This document shows, piece after piece, positions 1-8,012 of a stretch of 64,000 nucleotides of DNA; within the stretch, counting starts at the first letter, position 1, and each line of letters opens with the position of its first letter. The DNA is from a virus. The DNA lies in the IMG/VR virus record IMGVR_UViG_3300020048_000012; one strand, given 5' to 3'. The notes beneath the pieces were generated by a model. It was not told where the DNA came from. It ran no database searches and saw only the letters and a list, made by a program, of their open reading frames with translations. The position numbers and the translations under genes are program-made.

Positions 1-62
1 TACGCAAAGCCATACTTATTCGATAAATGGATTTTTGATATCACAGATCCTTATAGATCTTC

Positions 63-218
63 TTAATCAAGTTCACCCGACATCACACGATCAAACATGA
101 TGATACCGCGAGTTCGACCATAAAGTTTATCTCGCGGTGATCGTGTTGGATCTGTGAAAATAGAATACCACACATCTGAGACATATAGCGCAGCAAATAG
201 TCGTTCAAGATGTGTCAT
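63..218 (-). CDS. small hypothetical protein (51 aa, MTHLERLFAALY...)
   Basis: Translated by hand (below the ORF-track cutoff); ATGA overlap with the stop of 215..604. Confidence 0.5.
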   Translation of the reverse strand: MTHLERLFAALYVSDVWYSIFTDPTRSPRDKLYGRTRGIIMFDRVMSGELD

Positions 219-604
219 TTCAATCCTTCGATAAACATTAAATGATCTAGTTCTTCTAGAAGATTTGAGACTTTATCAAAATCGCGTTCAATTAGTGCAA
301 CGTGCATTTGCGTAATCAATACGCGAAATTCTCCAAACACTTCTTCGATGACTGCGCGCTTGACTTTTCTAATTGCAAAGTCAAGCGCGTGTTCAGTTGC
401 GTTAGTTGGCGTATTTGGTACATACACGGCCGCACCAAATCTAACGCCAATTTCATATTTGATTGAATCATATCCCAATGTGTTAAATTCATTTGAATAA
501 TGTTCTGTCACTTTCGAGAAATTAAGTTTATTTGATAATCGCTTAACATCAATTGGATGTGATTGTTGCGCCATAATCAATTTTACAATTTTACTCATAG
601 ACAA
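215..604 (-). CDS. hypothetical phage protein
   Basis: 129-aa ORF in a tightly packed minus-strand run; no motif recognised. Confidence 0.7.
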   Translation of the reverse strand: MSMSKIVKLIMAQQSHPIDVKRLSNKLNFSKVTEHYSNEFNTLGYDSIKYEIGVRFGAAVYVPNTPTNATEHALDFAIRKVKRAVIEEVFGEFRVLITQMHVALIERDFDKVSNLLEELDHLMFIEGLK

Positions 605-837
605 CTATTCTTGAATTGTTCAATAAGTGTCTTTGACGCAAGATAGATTTGTTCAAGTTCTTCGAAGTCTACTCGCACTTCACCTTCTTTACTTTCATCA
701 TGACATTGAGATAACACAATAAATGGACCACCGGCGTCATCTTCAATACCAACGTGTGTCACCGTCTCGCCAAACACAGGATTCATATCTTCTGTATGAA
801 TCGCAATTTTCAAGATAGTTGATTTATATTTGCTCAT
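595..837 (-). CDS. hypothetical phage protein
   Basis: 80-aa ORF overlapping both neighbours. Confidence 0.7.
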   Translation of the reverse strand: MSKYKSTILKIAIHTEDMNPVFGETVTHVGIEDDAGGPFIVLSQCHDESKEGEVRVDFEELEQIYLASKTLIEQFKNSCL

Positions 838-1064
838 TTCTTATTACTCCAAACAATTACTTTATCACCAGCATACAGTGCATAACTAAATGTGATTATG
901 ATATTGATCACAGGTAGCACACCAAATAATAAACTTAATAATATCGAGTTTAATGTTAGTTGGCATCGCCCATCGTATTGTTTAAACTCATGAGCGGATA
1001 GCACCAATATAAGCGGAATGCAAACAACACATGATGTAATATAAAACCATATTGCTAAATTCAC
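834..1064 (-). CDS. small membrane protein, hypothetical
   Basis: 76 aa with two hydrophobic segments; ATGA coupling to the Nampt-like gene. Confidence 0.6.
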   Translation of the reverse strand: MNLAIWFYITSCVVCIPLILVLSAHEFKQYDGRCQLTLNSILLSLLFGVLPVINIIITFSYALYAGDKVIVWSNKK

Positions 1065-2782
1065 ATTGATTCCTTTACACGATTACGAATTGTTTCAATC
1101 GATTCGTTGCGAAATAAGTATCCGTTCAAGAACACAGTCTTCAATTCTCCGCTCATTTCTTCCTCAATTGATACATCGGATGTTAGGACATATTCACCGT
1201 CAACTTTATCTACACGTAGAAGTCCTTTAGCAGACTTCTTAGTTCCAGAATCAGTCTTTGGATCTTTGAAGATTGCTTGACCAACACCATCAATCTCAAC
1301 ATAAGTTGCTTTCATCGCAAAACCGAGTGAGTCTCGAGTAGTGTACTGGAACGTATAAGATCCAATGCCAAATACGATGTTATCAGATGCATAGCCTTTT
1401 TCTTGCAAACGCATTAGAATTTCTTCAGCACGGGCTGGAGTAATCGAGTCGCCGTAAATCAGACCAACCTTAGAATTTAGAGTCTTATATCCTTTATCGT
1501 TTGTAGTCGTTCCAAAGATTTCAGCAAGACATTCAACAGCGCCTTTTTCTGCAGGAGTTAGTTCCACTTTGTCAATAGAAGTAACATTAGATCCGTCTAC
1601 AAAATAATATTGTTTGTCATAGCGATTCCATTCAATTGATACTTTAACTTCGTAGTGTTCACCTGCGTATCGCATAATGCCACTGACTTCTGAATTGCCG
1701 CATTCACCATGACCAGCCTCTTCAGCTTCTGCCTCAACCAATTTTTCTCTCATCCATGCACCTGCATATTGCAATGTACCTGCTTTAGTCATATCCGGAA
1801 ACCGTTCACCACAAATAATCAAAACTGGGTCACCAGAGTCTGGACGAAACACAGTCTTAGCAAGACCAAATTGATCGGGTGTTCGCGCAAGAATTTCTTC
1901 TTTTAGTTCACGGGCTGTATTAGTGATAACATTCCAGAAGTCCCAAGTATCTGAAACAATCGAGACAACACCAGATGGATAAGTTTTCAGCAAGCGGCGG
2001 AATGTTTCAATTTCAGATTCCTTACCGCCTGCACACATTACACTATGCTCAGTTGCAGGAACTGAACCACCAATGAATGTGTTTTTGCCTTGGTATGCAT
2101 CACGAATATACTTTACAGCAGCAATGTTGTCGGTACCAGTAAAACTAAGCAAGTGACCAGCGCCAGACTTAGCAGCATCTTGTACACCCGACATACCGCG
2201 CATTGAGAAGTCGTGCCCTTGCCAATCGATGAACTCTTTGGAACCACCTGTCAATTCAGCATAGCGATTGATAATTTTACGATATACATAAGATGTCGAT
2301 GCCGACGTAGTAGACTTCCAAAGTTCAGTCGACAACCACGTTTCCATGAAGTTGGGCAACCAAAAGAATTCTGGCAACGTGTTAGTAATCGTCAAACATG
2401 GCACGCCAATTGGAATTCGTGAGCCTTCTGGCAATGCTTTAATTTCCAATGGCAAGTAACCAAGTTTATGCAAAGCCTTCAAGCGACTAGTATCAAATCC
2501 ATTGGGTCCACAGAATGGCGCATAGATTTCTTCAATTTCAGCGATAGCATCTTCCAAGTTATGAAAGAAGAAAGTCTCATTCCAAATGTATTTCATTTCT
2601 TGCAAGAACCCCTGCAAGCCAAACCATGTGATATGGCCATCCTTGTAACGATCTGGCACGTTAAAGTGATATTCAGATCGTGGAGTAAAGTTAGAGTAAA
2701 CTTTAGTTGTGCCTGCAGGATATTGATCTGCATGCCCGAGTTTGTAACTGTCAACGGAGGTAAGCGCGGTTTGTTTAAACAT
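1061..2782 (-). CDS. nadV: nicotinamide phosphoribosyltransferase-family protein (Nampt; probably Namat of NARP1)
   Basis: Motifs DSYKLGH, DFSMRG, PATEHSVM, VSDTWD, RPDSGDP, IYGDSIT, GIGSYTFQ; 573 aa with a ~75-aa insertion after RPDSGDP. Confidence 0.95.
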   Translation of the reverse strand: MFKQTALTSVDSYKLGHADQYPAGTTKVYSNFTPRSEYHFNVPDRYKDGHITWFGLQGFLQEMKYIWNETFFFHNLEDAIAEIEEIYAPFCGPNGFDTSRLKALHKLGYLPLEIKALPEGSRIPIGVPCLTITNTLPEFFWLPNFMETWLSTELWKSTTSASTSYVYRKIINRYAELTGGSKEFIDWQGHDFSMRGMSGVQDAAKSGAGHLLSFTGTDNIAAVKYIRDAYQGKNTFIGGSVPATEHSVMCAGGKESEIETFRRLLKTYPSGVVSIVSDTWDFWNVITNTARELKEEILARTPDQFGLAKTVFRPDSGDPVLIICGERFPDMTKAGTLQYAGAWMREKLVEAEAEEAGHGECGNSEVSGIMRYAGEHYEVKVSIEWNRYDKQYYFVDGSNVTSIDKVELTPAEKGAVECLAEIFGTTTNDKGYKTLNSKVGLIYGDSITPARAEEILMRLQEKGYASDNIVFGIGSYTFQYTTRDSLGFAMKATYVEIDGVGQAIFKDPKTDSGTKKSAKGLLRVDKVDGEYVLTSDVSIEEEMSGELKTVFLNGYLFRNESIETIRNRVKESM

Positions 2783-2793
2783 AATATATTTCC

Positions 2794-3627
2794 TTAAAGA
2801 TTGACAGATGGGTTCATGTTGTTGATTGCAAACACTTTGTCGTAAACAGACAATGACTCGATTCCTTTACTAAAGATTCCATGTGTGACGCACAATACCA
2901 ATTCTTTATCATATCCTCTTTCTCGAATAGCTTTGGCTAGTTCAATAAAGGTGCGACCTCCATCGCAAATATCATCAACGACATATAATACTTCAAATTG
3001 ATCCAAATTGCCATTTACGTAAGTTTTGACAATTTCGCCAGTCTCTGAGTCGCGATGCTTTGAAGCATTAATCACTGGAAGAATGACTTTTCCAAATGAC
3101 ACTTCTCTGATGAGCGATGCCAACTTATAAATTTTCTTTTGAGCGCCGGCGTCTGGCGCTACAAGTGCGACATTTCGATTACGTATATTTTGCATAATCT
3201 TACCTGCCCACAAACTCCATTGAGGAACCACATTTAAAAGACCAGGTTCAAACATACCCGCCAGCACATCGCTGTGTGGGTCCATGATTGTTACAGTCTT
3301 AAATTTGCATGCCTTAATAAGCTGAACAGCGACTTGCAATGCAAACGGCTCACCTTCAGTCATTACTCGATCTTGTCGAGCAAATGGGAAGTATGGAATA
3401 TCCAGGAAAATATCAGGTCGTGCAGAACCAATAATTTCGACGTTTCGAATTGCGTTGACAAGTAAAAGCATGTCAATCAAATCATTCGATCCTTCAAACT
3501 TGCAAGTAACAAACAAATCTCGACCATCAATGTCGCCGATGTCAATAATTTTGACATTGCGTTCGCCGCCAGGAAATGTCCACCATTTCAATTCAACTTC
3601 ATGTGTTCGTGTTTTGAGAGTAATCAT
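2794..3627 (-). CDS. prs: ribose-phosphate pyrophosphokinase-family protein (probably Adps of NARP1)
   Basis: FPGGE, PYFPFARQDR, DPHS, APDAGA and the PRPP-binding loop VVDDICDGGRTF. Confidence 0.92.
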   Translation of the reverse strand: MITLKTRTHEVELKWWTFPGGERNVKIIDIGDIDGRDLFVTCKFEGSNDLIDMLLLVNAIRNVEIIGSARPDIFLDIPYFPFARQDRVMTEGEPFALQVAVQLIKACKFKTVTIMDPHSDVLAGMFEPGLLNVVPQWSLWAGKIMQNIRNRNVALVAPDAGAQKKIYKLASLIREVSFGKVILPVINASKHRDSETGEIVKTYVNGNLDQFEVLYVVDDICDGGRTFIELAKAIRERGYDKELVLCVTHGIFSKGIESLSVYDKVFAINNMNPSVNL

Positions 3628-3646
3628 AATATATTCTTTCTATGAG

Positions 3647-3967
3647 TCACCAACTGATTGTAAAACCGTAATTTTGAAACAATGGTCCTGTCCCATCGTC
3701 TTCAGCAAGTCCTCGCGGAACATATTTCTCACCGAAGTTGACATACATCACACGATATTCTAATCGTTTAAGTTCTGCCATCACACCCTCTAACAAAGGA
3801 CTTAGTTTAGGAGGTTCATACTCACAACTTCCAAGATGGTGTGTATAATATCGCTCACCGGATTCAGATCTACTAACAATTTGCTTTTCTATATTGTGGG
3901 TCAGGTAATCTTGTACCTCACTACCTGACTTGTCATATAGTACTTTGGCTTCTTGTGCAGTAATCAT
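3647..3967 (-). CDS. hypothetical phage protein
   Basis: 106-aa ORF in the early operon. Confidence 0.7.
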   Translation of the reverse strand: MITAQEAKVLYDKSGSEVQDYLTHNIEKQIVSRSESGERYYTHHLGSCEYEPPKLSPLLEGVMAELKRLEYRVMYVNFGEKYVPRGLAEDDGTGPLFQNYGFTISW

Positions 3968-4113
3968 TTTACTTCATTCTTTAAGAGCTCGAGAGCTTCT
4001 TTCTTTTCGTTAATATGTTCAACACCTGTAGGATCAGTGATGTCTTTTTCGCACTGAAAAATTACCCACTGCAATGCACTAATTGCAATCCAAAGAGCTT
4101 CATTCTTTTTCAT
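3964..4113 (-). CDS. small hypothetical protein (49 aa, MKKNEALWIAIS...)
   Basis: Translated by hand; ATGA overlap with the next gene; fills the gap. Confidence 0.55.
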   Translation of the reverse strand: MKKNEALWIAISALQWVIFQCEKDITDPTGVEHINEKKEALELLKNEVK

Positions 4114-4142
4114 TATAAATTCCTTTTATTTGACTAACAAAT

Positions 4143-4490
4143 TTATTTCATGTACTTCAGAATTTCATAAGCAAAAGCCCATGCGGCCAGTGTGTAACTG
4201 TCCAATAGATTAGACGTATCACTAGAACTGTGCGGAGGGTTACGACTCTTTGCCATTACAGTTTCGTGCACCCATGTCCGTGCTGCTTCAATGTCACGTG
4301 ATTCATTCTCACCGAAGTCAGAGAAATACTCAACGAGAAGATTTGACACAGTCAGAGTTGCAACATATTCAAATACGCCATCAGCCCATGCTAAAGCGTA
4401 CGCAGGATCTTTATCAAATGCCAGTTTAAACTCATCAATCTTACTTTGAGCGTATTCTGCTCGCTCTTTGAATTTGAGAAGTGCTTTCAT
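4143..4490 (-). CDS. hypothetical phage protein
   Basis: 115-aa ORF. Confidence 0.7.
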   Translation of the reverse strand: MKALLKFKERAEYAQSKIDEFKLAFDKDPAYALAWADGVFEYVATLTVSNLLVEYFSDFGENESRDIEAARTWVHETVMAKSRNPPHSSSDTSNLLDSYTLAAWAFAYEILKYMK

Positions 4491-4621
4491 GCTTCAACCT
4501 TTTCTTTCAGAACTTCAGATGTAAAAATTACGCCACCATACGCCTGTTGGAATATTTCTGCGCAAGCCAAACCATAGAACGTAACAACTCGACCAGTAGA
4601 CGTAATCAAAGTATATTCCAT
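4487..4621 (-). CDS. small hypothetical protein (44 aa, MEYTLITSTGRVV...)
   Basis: Translated by hand; ATGA overlap; GAG-type RBS upstream. Confidence 0.55.
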   Translation of the reverse strand: MEYTLITSTGRVVTFYGLACAEIFQQAYGGVIFTSEVLKEKVEA

Positions 4622-4629
4622 ATGCTCTT

Positions 4630-4779
4630 TCATTTTACAATAGTGACATAAACAATCGCATAGTCTATTCCAAAATCTTTCGCAAATTGCGCCTCGACTG
4701 CACGCTTAGACTTGGCATCAATTTTGACAGTCCCTTGTTTCATAAAGCAATTCGTCCAAGCAATTGTAAAAGTTTTCAT
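4630..4779 (-). CDS. small hypothetical protein (49 aa, MKTFTIAWTN...), first gene after an early promoter
   Basis: Translated by hand; AAGGA RBS; directly downstream of the promoter at 4806-4834. Confidence 0.6.
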   Translation of the reverse strand: MKTFTIAWTNCFMKQGTVKIDAKSKRAVEAQFAKDFGIDYAIVYVTIVK

Positions 4780-4805
4780 GATCTATTCCTTGTCTTGATA
4801 GATCT

Positions 4806-4834
4806 ATTATACCACGAAATCTAATTAATGTACA
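4806..4834 (-). promoter_or_regulatory. early (sigma70-type) promoter
   Basis: TGTACA-17 bp-TATAAT with an extended -10 (TGGTATAAT) on the minus strand. Confidence 0.85.
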
Positions 4835-4848
4835 CCGTTATATGTGAC

Positions 4849-4869
4849 AAAAGCCCTACAAGAGGACTT
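4849..4869 (-). terminator. probable intrinsic terminator
   Basis: AAGTCCT-cttgt-AGGGCTT followed by Ts, just after the stop of 4889..5395. Confidence 0.6.
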
Positions 4870-4888
4870 TTTATGTATCAAAATATGA

Positions 4889-5395
4889 CTATCTGAACTT
4901 AATCACTTCATTTACATGAATTCGAGTCCACTCGTTGACAGAATCATCTACTGCAATGTGCTTATACACTCTACTAAATGTAAGTCCACGAATAGCATCT
5001 AGATATGCACGATCTGACATAAACCGTATGTCCGTATGACCAATTTGAATTCTATTCTTAGTGAATGTACTAATCTTTGGCTTAAGCCAAGATGGCACTT
5101 CATCGATCGCTTTTAATAATTGATCTCGAAAAGAACCAATTTCAGTGTATGTGACAAAGAATACGCAAAAACGCTTATCAGTGTTAGACATGATACATGT
5201 TTTTGCAATATCTTGAATAACGTTAATACGATTGTCGACGCATTCAAGCGCGTCTAATTCTTCACAGAATTTTCGACACGATTGAATCACGTGATATTCA
5301 GCGCTAAATCCATAATGATTGCACATGCCCTTAGTCTGTTCATCGGACATACCGCGCTGAACGCAGTCGATCATAAGTTCTTGTAATGTAATCAT
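4889..5395 (-). CDS. hypothetical phage protein
   Basis: 168-aa ORF; no confident motif. Confidence 0.7.
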   Translation of the reverse strand: MITLQELMIDCVQRGMSDEQTKGMCNHYGFSAEYHVIQSCRKFCEELDALECVDNRINVIQDIAKTCIMSNTDKRFCVFFVTYTEIGSFRDQLLKAIDEVPSWLKPKISTFTKNRIQIGHTDIRFMSDRAYLDAIRGLTFSRVYKHIAVDDSVNEWTRIHVNEVIKFR

Positions 5396-5396
5396 A

Positions 5397-5963
5397 TTAA
5401 TGATATAGTTGTTTTAGACGAGAGTGAGCAGGCAACATTGGTTCAATGAAGCGCATTTGATCTGCTAAGATACCTCTATTGCGAAGAATCAGCCCTTCTT
5501 CACGAGAAGGCACATATGGCACATACAGAAGTTCCATCTTAATTTCAGATAGAAGCAAACAATCTTTATGATTGTTACAACGCTTGCACGCAGTAACGCA
5601 GTTCATCCATGAATGGACGCCACCACGGCTCCGTGGAACAATGTGATCGTTCGTCAGTCCATGCTTATCGAATTTACGTCCACAATATGCACACGTATTT
5701 AAGTCACGTCCAAATAGATTATCATTTGTCAGCACCGGCACGATTCGTTTTGGATGATGAGTTCCACGAACAGCCATAATAGACGAGAACGTAATTGAGG
5801 ATGTTTCACCTGTTGCGCGATTCTCACCGCCATATTTCGTCCAATCGCATTCACCTGATTCCCATGCTACTAAACCTTTCGCCTTGTATGTGACGGCGTC
5901 TTGCCATGTAGCCCAATGAATAGGAGTACCGGATTCGTTTAATGCTAGAACTAGTGCTGACAT
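5397..5963 (-). CDS. HNH endonuclease (McrA-like, cellular type)
   Basis: RDLNTCAYCG...TNDHIVPRSRGG...NCVTACKRCNNHK zinc-HNH motif. Confidence 0.9.
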   Translation of the reverse strand: MSALVLALNESGTPIHWATWQDAVTYKAKGLVAWESGECDWTKYGGENRATGETSSITFSSIMAVRGTHHPKRIVPVLTNDNLFGRDLNTCAYCGRKFDKHGLTNDHIVPRSRGGVHSWMNCVTACKRCNNHKDCLLLSEIKMELLYVPYVPSREEGLILRNRGILADQMRFIEPMLPAHSRLKQLYH

Positions 5964-5978
5964 TTTCTTCTTTCTTAG

Positions 5979-6161
5979 TTATTCGTGATCGTCTTTTTCA
6001 TTTGCAATACTCTGATCTTCAGCATATGCAGAGGGGCATTGATCACATTTTTCACCATTGATTTCCCCATAACCACCATTACAAGTGTTGTTTCCACACT
6101 TGCCACAAATTACATTATCTCTCTCACACATTTCGCAATATGATCGATAATTTGGTTTCAT
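5979..6161 (-). CDS. small Cys-rich hypothetical protein
   Basis: 60 aa with several CxxC pairs. Confidence 0.55.
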   Translation of the reverse strand: MKPNYRSYCEMCERDNVICGKCGNNTCNGGYGEINGEKCDQCPSAYAEDQSIANEKDDHE

Positions 6162-6340
6162 TTATTAATCCTGTTATGTTTAAGACGCCAAAACAATCTC
6201 CATACACGAGCTTCTTTTGTACGATGTAATGATTGCGTGCCGCAGTGCAACTTACCTTCAGAAAATCGACAAAATCGTTTTGCTTTTGGCAGAGTGCTAA
6301 GCAATTTATCTGCAGTTCTCTCATATGAACTAAGCATCAT
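6158..6340 (-). CDS. hypothetical protein
   Basis: 60 aa; ATGA overlaps on both sides. Confidence 0.5.
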   Translation of the reverse strand: MMLSSYERTADKLLSTLPKAKRFCRFSEGKLHCGTQSLHRTKEARVWRLFWRLKHNRINK

Positions 6341-6867
6341 ACAAATCTTTCTACAAGAGATTTAACATATTCGTCAGAACTATCGCCAAGATCTTTATCG
6401 TTAGTAAAGACCGCTTCATCGCCGAATTTAGCTAGTTTACGACCTGCAGCGTCATTATCACAAACTGTAACGACTTTACGACCAAGGCATGCAAGAAAAT
6501 TTGCAACATCTTTTGACGGGTTATTACTTAAAACCGCCAACGCACTAACGCCGAGTTCAGTCAATCGACATGCATCAAACACGCCTTCGGTCACAAACAC
6601 AACATCAGGCGTTAGATGAAGACTTTCGACTCCAAAAACGCCGACTGTGGGTAATCCACGTAATGTGAAGTAACGACCTTCTTTGGGATGATTAGCTTTA
6701 GTTTTGTCTGCTAATGGTCGATATTGTTGATATCCAACCATTTGACCGCTCAAGTTCCAAAGATAAAATGTCACAACACCTTCAACTTCGTCCAATACAG
6801 GTCGATGAAGATTAAGATCTACGTGTCTATCAAGGAGGTGTTGTGTTAGATTCATCATTCTTTCCAA
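6337..6867 (-). CDS. stand-alone TOPRIM-domain protein (DnaG primase-like core)
   Basis: VFVTEGVFDA and VCDNDAAG TOPRIM motifs; no zinc finger. Confidence 0.8.
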   Translation of the reverse strand: MERMMNLTQHLLDRHVDLNLHRPVLDEVEGVVTFYLWNLSGQMVGYQQYRPLADKTKANHPKEGRYFTLRGLPTVGVFGVESLHLTPDVVFVTEGVFDACRLTELGVSALAVLSNNPSKDVANFLACLGRKVVTVCDNDAAGRKLAKFGDEAVFTNDKDLGDSSDEYVKSLVERFV

Positions 6868-6874
6868 TGAATCT

Positions 6875-6903
6875 ATTATACCTCAAAATCTAATTATTGT
6901 ACA
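6875..6903 (-). promoter_or_regulatory. early promoter
   Basis: TGTACA-17-TATAAT (TGAGGTATAAT). Confidence 0.85.
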
Positions 6904-7084
6904 CCGTTACTTGCAATTGTTGAACGTCAAGCGCCGCCTTTGTGTTCAACATTGCAGCTAGAACAGACGCCACAGGAGAACTTTTGCACTCCATGACAGT
7001 GATACGCCGTGCATCTTCAACAAAAAATCCACTTGATTTGAATGGAAGGGCGTATACTTTATCGCCTAATTGATATGTTTTCAT
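6890..7084 (-). CDS. hypothetical protein
   Basis: 64-aa ORF with AAGGA RBS. Confidence 0.6.
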   Translation of the reverse strand: MKTYQLGDKVYALPFKSSGFFVEDARRITVMECKSSPVASVLAAMLNTKAALDVQQLQVTVYNN

Positions 7085-7092
7085 ATTATCCT

Positions 7093-7320
7093 TTATTTTA
7101 GACCAAGTGTTCTTGGTGATTGGTCTAATATATTTCTTTCACCATCAGTATAAAAATAAGCGTCCGAATCATTAATAACAACATTCAGATCACAATGCAA
7201 TATCGTATAGTCAACAAATTCATGTTTCTTTCCGTATACTCTAAATATGTATACGCCTTCTCCAACATGTAGAATGCAACCTTCAACTCCATTTGCGGAT
7301 TTAGCTAATAAATTTTTCAT
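7093..7320 (-). CDS. hypothetical protein
   Basis: 75-aa ORF with GGAG RBS upstream. Confidence 0.65.
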   Translation of the reverse strand: MKNLLAKSANGVEGCILHVGEGVYIFRVYGKKHEFVDYTILHCDLNVVINDSDAYFYTDGERNILDQSPRTLGLK

Positions 7321-7531
7321 TTTAAAACTCCATGATGTTACACAACGTCCTCTTACCTTGATACGGTACTAAACTATAGGTTTAATTTTGAACAGAACTC
7401 CGGATTTGTAGTTCAAGAATTTAACAGAAGAATATTAATTAATAAACTTTATTGATTAATTAATCATGCCGTTGGCATACCGTTGGTAGAAACAAGTTTA
7501 AGTATAGTTGTTTTCCAGTAGTAATACTGTT

Positions 7532-7559
7532 ATTATACCACGAATAAAAATGTTGTACA
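7532..7559 (-). promoter_or_regulatory. early promoter
   Basis: TGTACA-16-TATAAT with an extended -10 (TGGTATAAT). Confidence 0.7.
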
Positions 7560-7668
7560 TAGGTAATCAAATCTAATTGCGGTTTGTTACAATTATTATT
7601 AGAAGTCTAAGAATCTCATATTTGAGTATAAACCACCACAGAATTGAATTTCATTGAAAAGGTCATTA

Positions 7669-7681
7669 TAAGTTATTGATT
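7669..7681 (-). promoter_or_regulatory. IHF-consensus site
   Basis: AATCAATAACTTA matches WATCAANNNNTTR exactly, within an AT-rich non-coding region. Confidence 0.4.
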
Positions 7682-7733
7682 ATAAAGGGATTAATACTAT
7701 AAAAATGACTATTTTGCACAATCGTCGCATACT

Positions 7734-7753
7734 AAAAAGGACCCGAAGGTCCT
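7734..7753 (-). terminator. intrinsic terminator with UUCG loop
   Basis: AGGACC-TTCG-GGTCCT followed by a T run. Confidence 0.85.
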
Positions 7754-8012
7754 ACGTTAATACATTTGGCAGTAATAATGATTTATAAATTCTTTGTATT
7801 TCAAAGTATGGCATCGCCTCCAGTTCAGATAACGAATAATCAAAACTTTTATAAATTCTAATCCAATAAATCATATCATACTTATTCACTTCAGTATGAC
7901 TGACTTGATAGAATAGAATCATTGTTTTGGCGCTAATGATTCTATTGCTTTAAAATAGTATTGCATGTATTCTATAGCAAATTTGTCAAAAATGTCGAAA
8001 AATAAGTTAATG

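Noticed and set aside
1620-1850. ~75-aa insertion in the Nampt-like protein as a possible intein or mobile insert
   Set aside because: No Cys/Ser start, no His-Asn end and no LAGLIDADG or HNH motifs; long phage Nampt-family proteins commonly carry an insertion here.
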